Below are positions 55,942 through 64,000 of a stretch of 64,000 nt of DNA, in pieces. A program made the translations under genes and the position numbers. This stretch comes from an uncultured Bacteroidota bacterium (GTDB lineage Bacteria; Bacteroidota; Bacteroidia; JABEUT01), in NCBI GenBank assembly GCA_903916255.1, contig CAIWVW010000090.1, positions 2,229 through 66,228 on the forward strand. The letters are read 5' to 3'. The notes below the pieces were generated by a model. That model did not search any database and was not told where the DNA came from. It saw nothing but the letters and a program-made list of their open reading frames with translations. The first letter of the stretch is position 1. Each line of letters begins with the position of its first letter.

Positions 55942-58122
55942 TTAGTTATTCTTAGGCTTGGTTGCATTGTTGTTGTTTGGTGCAGGAGCCTGTTTATTAG
56001 GAGCAGCAGGTGTTTTTACCGGAGGCACGTAATTCCTTTCTTCTTCAGGAACCGGTGCATTGGTAGTATCGGAAGCCTCTTGTCCGCTAACTTTAATCTT
56101 AGAGCCTTCCTGCATCTTTAAACTATCAGCGTGAGTCATCATATGTCCTTTAGGAACATATGTCCAATTGGTAATCTTAAATACAGTACGACGGTTGATT
56201 TGATATAAAGAATCGCGTTTAGCTTTGCTCTTTTCAGCCATAATTTGCTTGGTTTGAATAAGCAGCTTGGTAAAACCCCATCCTTTAGCGGTCAAACGGG
56301 CTGAATCAATACCCTGAGAAATGAGGTAGCTAACGCATGATTCAGCGCGGGCTTGGGAAAGCTTGATGTTGTGGTTATAATCACCCTGTTGGTCAGTATG
56401 AGCATCCAATTCAATAGCCAGTGTTGGGTTATTGTTCAACAATTTCACAAGGTAATTGAGAGAATCCTTTGATTCAGGCTTCAAATCTGCTTTATCCAGG
56501 TCATATAATACGGCAGGGAAGTGAAGTTCTGTAACAGGAGAAGGTTTTTGCAGTTGGAAATCATGTACAAATGTTTCTGATTCTGTTTTTCCTACAGTTG
56601 TTTCATTTGCCTTTTCATCACTGGCAAGGTATTTCAAATCAGTTGCGCTGGCTGAAAGGATATATGAACTGTTAATCTTAACATAACGGTCGTTAGCGCC
56701 TAATGCTCCAAACATATAATGGCCGCCCGTGTCGGTTTTAAGGGAAACATCAGAACCATCAGAACCAACCATGCGAACGGTTGCCCCATTGATTCCTTTG
56801 TGGGTATCCTGGTCATATACTGTTCCTTCAATTACAAAGAGTATTGGGGGTAAATAGAATGAATAAATATCATCGCTTCCTCTTCCCCCGGGACGGTTAG
56901 ATGAGAAATAACCTCTGTCTTTGGTGCCTTCGAATACAATTCCAAAATCATCGCCTTCAGAGTTGATTGGAGAGCCTAAGTTAGTTGGATTACTCCATTG
57001 GTCGGTACCAGTTTTTGCAGCCTTGTAAATATCCAAGCCGCCCATTCCCGGTAAGCCGTCGGATGCGTAATATAAAGAACCATCAGCATGTATATATGGA
57101 AACTCTTCATTTCCGGGAGTATTGATTCCAGGGCCAAGGTTTACAGGATTACCCCATGATTTTGTTTTCTTATCATAGTGGCTCAACCATAAATCATAGC
57201 CTCCTTGTCCGCCGGGCAAGTTCGATGTAAAAATAATTTCTTGTTCGTCTGCTGAAATAGCAGGATGCGAATATTGAATAGTATCTGTTTGGAAATTCAG
57301 CATAACCGGGTCTGTCCAGTTATTACCTCGGCGTTGGGTCGAATAAATTTTACATTTTGGTTGCTTGTTCTTAACAACACCGCAACGGGTAAAATACATT
57401 GTTTTGAAAGACTTGTCGAAAATAGCGGAGCCTTCATTATCGGGAGTGTTAACAGGAGCCGGTAATGGGAGGGGAGCACTGAACTTGCCGTTCTTATCTA
57501 ATTTAGTAATAAAAATATCGGAAAAATTCTGGCCCAATCCATCATCTACTTTATCACCCATAGTTCCCTGGCGGGTTGATGTAAATACGATTTCATCCAT
57601 TCTTCTGTCGGAATAAGCAGGAGAAAAATCTTCAAACTTGGAGTTCAGCTGCGCCATATTGGTAACCACATAGCGGGTAGGCGCATTTTTCAACTGCTGT
57701 GCCAATTGGCATGATTTGATTCCGTTTTGGCCCCTTGGGTCGGAAGGTACCTTTTGGGCATATGATTGATAGGAAGCCAACGCATCGTCATATTTAGCCT
57801 GCATCATTTGTGCATCGGCCATGTAAAGAATGGCTGAAGCATCGTCATAGTTGGCTTTAACAGCTTTTGCATATTCTTCTTCTTCATGTTTAACATCGCC
57901 GGTCATCCGGTAGCATTCGGCTATTTGAAAAATAATACGTGCCTTGTCTTCCTTTTTGGGGTTCTGAGACAATGCCTTCTTGTAAATGTCGATGGCGTTA
58001 TAGTATTCTTTGCTTTTGAAAGCATTATCGCCTGCCTTAATAAAAGCCTTTTGGGCCTTTGTAGTTAGGGCGATGCAGGATACCAATAGAATTAAACTGA
58101 AAGTAGATTTTATTCTTCTCAT
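55942..58122 (-). CDS. OmpA-family outer-membrane protein with N-terminal TPRs, TolB-like beta-propeller repeats and a C-terminal OmpA domain
   Basis: The C-terminus reads ...LYDLDKADLKPESKDSLNYLVKLLNNNPTLAIELDAHTDQQGDYNHNIKLSQARAESCVSYL, an OmpA/MotB peptidoglycan-binding signature, followed by a P/N-rich tail. Confidence 0.7.
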   Translation of the reverse strand: MRRIKSTFSLILLVSCIALTTKAQKAFIKAGDNAFKSKEYYNAIDIYKKALSQNPKKEDKARIIFQIAECYRMTGDVKHEEEEYAKAVKANYDDASAILYMADAQMMQAKYDDALASYQSYAQKVPSDPRGQNGIKSCQLAQQLKNAPTRYVVTNMAQLNSKFEDFSPAYSDRRMDEIVFTSTRQGTMGDKVDDGLGQNFSDIFITKLDKNGKFSAPLPLPAPVNTPDNEGSAIFDKSFKTMYFTRCGVVKNKQPKCKIYSTQRRGNNWTDPVMLNFQTDTIQYSHPAISADEQEIIFTSNLPGGQGGYDLWLSHYDKKTKSWGNPVNLGPGINTPGNEEFPYIHADGSLYYASDGLPGMGGLDIYKAAKTGTDQWSNPTNLGSPINSEGDDFGIVFEGTKDRGYFSSNRPGGRGSDDIYSFYLPPILFVIEGTVYDQDTHKGINGATVRMVGSDGSDVSLKTDTGGHYMFGALGANDRYVKINSSYILSASATDLKYLASDEKANETTVGKTESETFVHDFQLQKPSPVTELHFPAVLYDLDKADLKPESKDSLNYLVKLLNNNPTLAIELDAHTDQQGDYNHNIKLSQARAESCVSYLISQGIDSARLTAKGWGFTKLLIQTKQIMAEKSKAKRDSLYQINRRTVFKITNWTYVPKGHMMTHADSLKMQEGSKIKVSGQEASDTTNAPVPEEERNYVPPVKTPAAPNKQAPAPNNNNATKPKNN

Positions 58123-58199
58123 AAGTGAATGCGTTTTGTTTTTTTCGGCTGCTAATATATAAAGAAATTACCAATCAAGGCTGATTTTTGAAATTAATT

Positions 58200-60443
58200 T
58201 TATTTAATGAATAATAATTCCCTGTATTTCGGGAATGGCCAAATTGAGTCATCTATAAGCAGTTCAAGCTTGTCGGCATGGTAGCGTATCTCATCGAAGC
58301 AAGGTTTCACTTTATCGCAATAAGCATAGGCTTTATCGGTGGTATCCTCAATTTTATTGGCCTTTTTGCGTTCTTCTATCATTTGCTCAGTTCGGTTTCT
58401 GATAATCGATACTCTTTCGCTTATTTCCTTAATCATAGCTATTTGCGAATCTGCAATATCTTCATAGCGGCCGTCATTCATGCTTTCGGCAAGGGCTTTA
58501 TCCTTCACTTCCACACCTGCAAAAGCACGGCTGGGAGTGAATATTTCCTTGATTCCGCGCACATTATCTATCACCATATTTTGGTATTTTAATGCGGCGG
58601 GAATAATTTGAGTTAGCGCCATATCAGCCATGATACGTGATTCTATCTGTATTTTTTTGGTATACATTTCCGCCTGAATTTCATGGCGAGCATGTTGTTC
58701 GCGCTTGGTAAAGATGCCTTGATTTTCAAAAAGCTTAAGGGCTTTGTCAGTCAACAAGGCTTCCAGCGCTTGCGGAGTGGTTTGAACATTGGGCAACCCA
58801 CGGCGGGCGGCTTCTTTTACCCACTCTTCGCTATAGTTGTTTCCTTCAAAACGAATATTTGCAGACGCCGTGATATAGGAACGAAGTACCTGAACTATCG
58901 CTTCTTCGGTAGTGGTTGATTTGTTTACCAGCGCATCTACATCTTTTTTAAACCGGGTAAGTTGTTCGGCTACTATTGTATTCAGCACCAACATAGATTG
59001 GGCACAGTTAGCCGAAGAACCCACCGCGCGAAATTCAAACTTATTGCCTGTGAAAGCAAAAGGAGAAGTGCGGTTACGGTCGGTGTTATCGAGCATCAAT
59101 TCAGGAATATGGCCTATATCCAGCTTTAATGATTTCTTTCCCGATGATTTTTCAGCTTTTACTTTCTTTTCAAATCCGTCTAAAACCTTGGTAAGCTGTT
59201 CCCCGATAAATACAGATATTATTGCCGGTGGAGCTTCATTGGCTCCCAGCCTATGTTCATTTCCGGCAGAAGCGATACTTGCCCGCAATATATCTGAGTA
59301 GTCGTGAACGGCTTTTATGGTATTTACAAAGAATGTTAAAAACTGTAGGTTAGAATCAGGCGTTTTGCCGGGGCTTAGCAAGTTAACACCTGTATCGGTT
59401 GCCATGCTCCAGTTATTATGCTTACCCGAACCATTTACTCCCGCAAAAGGTTTTTCGTAAAACAATACCTTTAAATGATGGCGGCGTGCAATTTTATCCA
59501 TCAAATCCATCAGAAGTTGGTTATGGTCGACGGCTATATTAACTTCTTCAAAAATAGGAGCCACCTCATATTGGTTGGGAGCCACTTCATTATGCCTTGT
59601 TTTTAAAGGAATGCCCAGTTTATAGGATTCCGTTTCAAAATCGCGCATATATTCATTCACCCTTTCAGGAATAGAACCAAAATAGTGGTCTTCCAGTTGC
59701 TGGCCTTTTGCCGGGTTTGCTCCGAATAATGCCCTTCCGGAATGAACCAAATCGGGGCGTACATTAAACATGGCTTCATCCACCAAAAAATACTCTTGTT
59801 CCCAGCCCAATGTAGCCACTACTTTCTTTACGTTTTTATCGAAGTAGTTGCATACTGGAACAGCTGCATTATTGAGTGCATGTAAAGCTTTAAGTAAAGG
59901 GGTCTTATAATCAAGAGCCTCACCAGTATATGAAATGTAAATTGTAGGGATGCAAAGGGTCTTTCCAAATATAAATGCGGGCGACGATGGGTCCCATCCG
60001 GTATAACCCCTTGCCTCAAAAGTACTGCGTATTCCACCACTCGGAAAACTGGACGCATCCGGCTCCTGCTGAACCAACTGTCCGCCGCTGAATTTTTCCA
60101 TCACTTTACCATCCGGGGAAACATCTAAAAACACGTCGTGTTTTTCGGCGGTTGCACCCGTTAATGGCTGAAACCAGTGGGTGTAGTGAGTAACGCCCTT
60201 TTCCAATGCCCAGGTTTTCATGGCTATAGCCACTTCATCGGCAGTTGGCCTGTCTATTGGCATATTATTTTCAATAGCCGCTTTCAGGGTCTTTAAAACA
60301 CCTTCGGAAAGGTATTTCTGCATCACTTCGTAGCTGAACACATTGGTTCCGAAAAATTCGGATACTTTGTTGGATGGAAGTTCCACATCGACAGGTTGCC
60401 TTGAAATGGCTTCTTGCAGGGCTTTAAAGCGGATTGAGCTCAT
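58200..60443 (-). CDS. glnA: Glutamine synthetase type III
   Basis: 747 aa. Length and N-terminus are typical of GSIII (Bacteroides GlnN-like). Catalytic-domain motifs NEVAPNQYE and ...SFPSGGIR.. are present. Confidence 0.8.
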   Translation of the reverse strand: MSSIRFKALQEAISRQPVDVELPSNKVSEFFGTNVFSYEVMQKYLSEGVLKTLKAAIENNMPIDRPTADEVAIAMKTWALEKGVTHYTHWFQPLTGATAEKHDVFLDVSPDGKVMEKFSGGQLVQQEPDASSFPSGGIRSTFEARGYTGWDPSSPAFIFGKTLCIPTIYISYTGEALDYKTPLLKALHALNNAAVPVCNYFDKNVKKVVATLGWEQEYFLVDEAMFNVRPDLVHSGRALFGANPAKGQQLEDHYFGSIPERVNEYMRDFETESYKLGIPLKTRHNEVAPNQYEVAPIFEEVNIAVDHNQLLMDLMDKIARRHHLKVLFYEKPFAGVNGSGKHNNWSMATDTGVNLLSPGKTPDSNLQFLTFFVNTIKAVHDYSDILRASIASAGNEHRLGANEAPPAIISVFIGEQLTKVLDGFEKKVKAEKSSGKKSLKLDIGHIPELMLDNTDRNRTSPFAFTGNKFEFRAVGSSANCAQSMLVLNTIVAEQLTRFKKDVDALVNKSTTTEEAIVQVLRSYITASANIRFEGNNYSEEWVKEAARRGLPNVQTTPQALEALLTDKALKLFENQGIFTKREQHARHEIQAEMYTKKIQIESRIMADMALTQIIPAALKYQNMVIDNVRGIKEIFTPSRAFAGVEVKDKALAESMNDGRYEDIADSQIAMIKEISERVSIIRNRTEQMIEERKKANKIEDTTDKAYAYCDKVKPCFDEIRYHADKLELLIDDSIWPFPKYRELLFIK

Positions 60444-60651
60444 GGATTATTTAATTAAGAATTGGAAATTTGTAATTAGGATTCTCTACGGGTTTTGGAG
60501 GCAATTAGGGCATCTCTTAAATTCCCTGCAAATTTATAAATTTTACACCGGAATTCATGGCTTCAAGTTGTTAGATTTTATTAACATTTTTAACGCTTAA
60601 TGTTTTGATTAAATAGTTTTTGTACTTTAGCCGAATCAAATACTTATAATC

Positions 60652-61332
60652 ATGCGTACGAAACACTTACACCAACTAAAGAACTTTTTTAAATTCACCC
60701 TTCTGTTTGGTGCCGTTGCTTTCCTTTCTTATTGCACCACATCACCTAAAACTGCCTCCAATTTTGGGAAACGGAAATATACGCATGGCCATTTCTCCGA
60801 CCCGGTTGCCAAAGTTAAAATGGAATATAAGCCTTCTGCTGAACCAAACCTGGCTCCAACTACCCATGCCAATCCTTCGGAAAATACCGCTAATAACCTG
60901 CTTGTAAAACCTTCCGATAAGAACAATTCAAAACCAACATTTACCGCAAAAGCCACCAATTCAGTTACCCCTTCGGGAAATAGGCCAAAACAGGAAGCGG
61001 GTACCATTGCAAAAAATGAATCGGCCGCTTCGGCAAACAATAATATATCGTTAAAAGTAAACTCCGGCGTAAGTGCTTATCCCTATGTAGAACAAGGACA
61101 TCCGTATGAGCATGGCGGGGGAGACCGAAGCTCGGGCCTTTTAGTAGCCTGGTTATTAGCTTTAGGTGTATCTGTGCTTTGTTACTTACTTTTAATTGCA
61201 TATGCCGCTTCTGCTGCTTCCGGCACAAGTGTTACCGCTGGGGTCGGTTGCTTTTTAGTAATCTTTGGTACGTTTGCCTTTATAGCAGCTATTGTGCTAT
61301 TTATCCTTTGGATTATAGCCATCTCCAGATAA
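60652..61332 (+). CDS. Hypothetical lipoprotein/membrane protein, a distant third member of the CT..KRKY-lipobox family
   Basis: SYCTTSPKTASNFGKRKYTHGHF resembles the N-termini of 8854..9573 and 9662..10393. The body is low-complexity S/N/A-rich, with C-terminal TM helices. Confidence 0.3.
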   Translation: MRTKHLHQLKNFFKFTLLFGAVAFLSYCTTSPKTASNFGKRKYTHGHFSDPVAKVKMEYKPSAEPNLAPTTHANPSENTANNLLVKPSDKNNSKPTFTAKATNSVTPSGNRPKQEAGTIAKNESAASANNNISLKVNSGVSAYPYVEQGHPYEHGGGDRSSGLLVAWLLALGVSVLCYLLLIAYAASAASGTSVTAGVGCFLVIFGTFAFIAAIVLFILWIIAISR

Positions 61333-61376
61333 GCCGGAGTCCGGCAATCCCATTACTGTATAGGAAATCTTACTGC

Positions 61377-62033
61377 TTAGAGTTTGAAACAAACCCCGAT
61401 GGCGGCATCGGTATAGCCATAGCCAAGTTCCAGCCACAGGCCTACATGTTCGCTTACATAATAGCGTGCGCCAATATACAAGCCAAACGCCATATATCCT
61501 GCGTAACTTGCTGAATAGGTTCCATAATACGGGTCGCCGGGATGATTATAGTAAGGGTCGCTGCTGGTTACCTTGTAGCTAATGTCATAATAGCCCAGCA
61601 TAAGTCCGGCATACGGGTCGAAACGGGGAGCCGATGGAATTGTCAGGTGATATGCACTGCGGAAGCCAATGATGTAATAGGTCCAGTTTTGGTTATAGTA
61701 ATACCCAGTATGATAATCGGTATAATCGTACCCGATTCCTTTAAAAGCTACTAAAGCGCCCAAACTGATAGTTCCGGGGCCTACGTTGCCAAAGGTTCCG
61801 TTTTCATACGAAAGTACAAAATCGGGGGTAGAGGTATACCCGTCGCCAAAATAAGTATAATCTCCCCCTAAGCCGACACCTACATTTAGGATATTCGAAC
61901 CTTTACCAAAAGCTTCGTCAGATTGTGCATAAACTGCCGAGGTAGCGGCAAGCATGCAGCCAATGCTTAATGCTGTTATCAACTTTTTTGTTTTCATAGG
62001 GTTGGGTGTTAGGGTTAACGGGTAAATAATCAT
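61377..62033 (-). CDS. Small outer-membrane beta-barrel protein (OmpW/OMP_b-brl-like), paralog 1
   Basis: Signal peptide ...AVYAQ, alternating Y/G-rich strands, C-terminal ...GYGYTDAAIGVCFKL. Confidence 0.4.
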   Translation of the reverse strand: MIIYPLTLTPNPMKTKKLITALSIGCMLAATSAVYAQSDEAFGKGSNILNVGVGLGGDYTYFGDGYTSTPDFVLSYENGTFGNVGPGTISLGALVAFKGIGYDYTDYHTGYYYNQNWTYYIIGFRSAYHLTIPSAPRFDPYAGLMLGYYDISYKVTSSDPYYNHPGDPYYGTYSASYAGYMAFGLYIGARYYVSEHVGLWLELGYGYTDAAIGVCFKL

Positions 62034-62110
62034 GTGTAAAGATGCAACTTTGTAAAAGCCCTGTTGTTATATTAGGATTATTAAAAGTTGCATCTTTTAC
62101 ACATTTACCC
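62021..62110. promoter_or_regulatory. Long imperfect inverted repeat (ggtaaataatca-tgtgtaaagatgcaacttt ... aaagttgcatcttttacaca-tttacc) spanning the start codon of 61377..62033
   Basis: Seen directly. The arms are about 30 nt with 1-2 mismatches and the loop is about 30 nt. Confidence 0.4.
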
Positions 62111-62220
62111 CTGTTTCAATTTCAAAATTACAACGGAAAACAGGTGCTAACTTAAAAATTAGACCAATGCCATATTCGGGCAGGTTAATACTAAAAAATG
62201 ATTGTTAAACAGGAAACGGA

Positions 62221-62874
62221 CTACAGTTTATAGCTAAACCCGAAGTTAAAGGTAGTGTACCCATAACCTATATCGGCCCATACACAGCCCTTACTATTGA
62301 ACCAGGAACGTACACCTGTGAAAACGCTGGCGGCAAAAAAGTTAGGGTAGTGGTTAATAGACAAATAATTACCCGGGTCGGCGGCATCGCCATAGTTAGG
62401 GTCGTTGCTGGTGAATTTAAATCCGGTAAAGTAATAACCCACCATACCGCCTGCGTATAAATCGACCTTTTTACTTTGAAAAGGGGCAATATGGTATGCA
62501 ATTCGTGCTCCGGCTATGTAATAGTTCCATTCCTGATAGTAATTATACATGCCGTTATAATCCGAATAGCCGGTGGCAATCTGCTTAAATGAAAACAGAG
62601 CGCCCACGCTGATATTTCCCGGGCCGATATGCTTAAAGGTAGTATTATCGAAATAGAAGGAGAGGTTAGGAGTGGCGGTAAAAACAGGCCCCGTGTATGG
62701 ATAATAACCGCCATAACCAAAGCCGAAAGAGAATAAATCACCTCCGGAAGTTTCGGGCTTGGCAGCTTCGGGGTCAACGTACATATACTTATTATTATCA
62801 GTCGTTTGAGCCACGCTGCTTAAAGTGGCTGTTAAAGCCAGCAGAGATATGAAAATCCGGTTCCTGAGTTTCAT
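62221..62874 (-). CDS. Small outer-membrane beta-barrel protein, paralog 2 (tandem)
   Basis: The same architecture, with C-terminal ...GYGYTTFNFGFSYKL. It shares GPGxISxGALxxFK and YxGxMxGYY blocks with paralog 1. Confidence 0.4.
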   Translation of the reverse strand: MKLRNRIFISLLALTATLSSVAQTTDNNKYMYVDPEAAKPETSGGDLFSFGFGYGGYYPYTGPVFTATPNLSFYFDNTTFKHIGPGNISVGALFSFKQIATGYSDYNGMYNYYQEWNYYIAGARIAYHIAPFQSKKVDLYAGGMVGYYFTGFKFTSNDPNYGDAADPGNYLSINHYPNFFAASVFTGVRSWFNSKGCVWADIGYGYTTFNFGFSYKL

Positions 62875-62970
62875 GGTACAAAGCTAATAATATTTCCGAA
62901 TTAGCGAACTGATTTTTTGTTGAGCCTTTCTTTTTTTAAGACGATTTAACACGTAAAAGGCTTAAACGGG

Positions 62971-63162
62971 CTATATGGGTGGATTGTCGCCCGCATTATT
63001 TAGCGGGTCGATAAACCGGGCAAGCCTCGGATTATTAGCTATACATGAGTTGCAAATGAATAAATTTGTTGGAGTATCGTATAGTTTCACCTTATGTATT
63101 TCAGTTGGCGCTAACCGCGAGCCACATAAAACACATGTTTCCAAATGAGATTCTGTTTCCAT
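62971..63162 (-). CDS. Small zinc-ribbon-like hypothetical protein
   Basis: CVLCGS...CNSC forms a 2x CxxC pair. 63 aa. Confidence 0.25.
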   Translation of the reverse strand: METESHLETCVLCGSRLAPTEIHKVKLYDTPTNLFICNSCIANNPRLARFIDPLNNAGDNPPI

Positions 63163-63612
63163 TTAATTTCCGATTTTAAGTTACTGCAAATTTCAAAAGC
63201 AGGCATATTTCAGTGCTTATATTCCTATTGATAAGTCTTACATAGTTTACAGGTTTACCTAAAAAAAGGAAGGGGAGAAGTGCTTTTATTTTATTTAATC
63301 AAAAAAAGTGATATTATTTAACAATCAATCAATTTTTAACATATTAACTAATTGGTTATGAGAAAATTACACTATTTAACATAAAATCGCATTATAGGCT
63401 CCCGCCCCCCGAAAAAAATGGGAGCAGAGACAGCGATAAACAGAAACATTTTTGGGATGGAAGTAATAGGCTACGTTCCGAAGTTATGCAACATGAATTT
63501 TCTTAGTTTATAACAATAAAAAAACCCATGTGGAAGCAGTTAACTTTTACACACGGGTTTTAATGGGTTTTCCCGTATGCAAATATGGGAAAAATATTTT
63601 ATTATTTCACTA

Positions 63613-63990
63613 CTAAAGAAAAGATTTTGATGTTATTATTAGGGCTTGCCATAGGGATACTTTATGGTCTACAGCATAGGTTATAGATTCTGTAGCAATA
63701 GCCCCTATAAATGCAATAAGTAAAACCCCTAAAATCCAAAGTATTGCCTTTTGGATTTTAGGGGAAGCGATTACTCCAACAATTATCATAAAAACACAAT
63801 AAGGAATCATTGCAATAATTATCAACGGAAAAGCTACTATTACCAATATTCCTATTAATAAATACTTGAAAAACATAAAAATAAAGTGCTTCAAATAAAT
63901 TGATTCCCAATATTTGACCCTTAAATAATTAAATTCATCTTCATCTACAAATGCCGGATTTGATAAATTCTTTAATAAATCGTCAAACAA
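63613..63990 (-). CDS. Hypothetical small polytopic membrane protein in an AT-rich region
   Basis: Three hydrophobic helices. About 30% GC locally. Confidence 0.25.
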   Translation of the reverse strand: MFDDLLKNLSNPAFVDEDEFNYLRVKYWESIYLKHFIFMFFKYLLIGILVIVAFPLIIIAMIPYCVFMIIVGVIASPKIQKAILWILGVLLIAFIGAIATESITYAVDHKVSLWQALIITSKSFL

Positions 63991-64000
63991 TCCTTTGTTT

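Noticed and set aside
60444-60651. Possible nitrogen-regulator site upstream of glnA type III (ttaacatttttaacgcttaatgtt)
   Set aside because: It is only a loose AT-rich dyad, and I do not have a confident consensus for the relevant Bacteroidota regulator. Not supportable from sequence alone.
1-64000. CRISPR arrays, integrases, transposases, restriction-modification or other named defence genes
   Set aside because: None seen. No short-spacer periodic repeats, no tyrosine/serine recombinase or DDE motifs, and no methyltransferase other than rlmI in any substantial ORF.

Overview
This 64 kb window is a chromosomal segment of a Bacteroidota genome, probably a Chitinophaga/Sphingobacteriia-like organism. 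That call rests on type A and type B T9SS C-terminal sorting domains, SprB repeats, a TonB receptor paired with DUF4249, type III glutamine synthetase, long-form PyrF and approximately 43% GC. It is mostly core metabolism and information processing. Recognisable genes include a UvrD-family helicase (partial at the window edge), lptB, rfbA, a Cys/Met PLP enzyme, an SDR, feoAB, trxB, mpg, rlmI, rpe, uspA, era, der, pyrF, prfA, a purM-like gene, an OmpA-family protein, glnA type III, a dinB-dnaE2 translesion cassette and a DnaQ-exonuclease/GIY-YIG fusion. Two RNA genes are present: tRNA-Pro(GGG) and a probable initiator tRNA-Met(CAT). Accessory content is dominated by two giant secreted cell-surface proteins, which together are the most system-like content of the window. 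One is 1261 aa with about 12 SprB repeats and a type A T9SS C-terminal domain. The other is 1653 aa with a Gly-rich N-terminal region, about 14 Ig-like repeats and a type B T9SS C-terminal domain. Further accessory genes are tandem lipoprotein and membrane-protein paralog families, tandem PepSY-like proteins, tandem outer-membrane beta-barrel paralogs, and a small CXXCH (c-type cytochrome-like) protein next to a putative beta-barrel. I found no CRISPR array, integrase, transposase or obvious prophage. Non-coding structure worth a second look falls in six places. A 420-bp convergent intergenic region carries four copies of a GGGC(G/A)GACA motif, two of them forming a 28-bp perfect palindrome. 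Near-identical 30-bp direct repeats flank the SprB-repeat gene plus tRNA-Pro. A 65-70 bp element is duplicated in inverted orientation immediately upstream of der and pyrF, bracketing a low-GC lipoprotein gene. An 18-bp perfect inverted repeat sits upstream of the GTG-start mpg gene. A long hairpin spans the start codon of a beta-barrel gene. In-frame (GGC)n tracts lie in the type B CTD gene. All family assignments come from reading motifs in the translated ORFs without database searches and should be confirmed by HMM searches.
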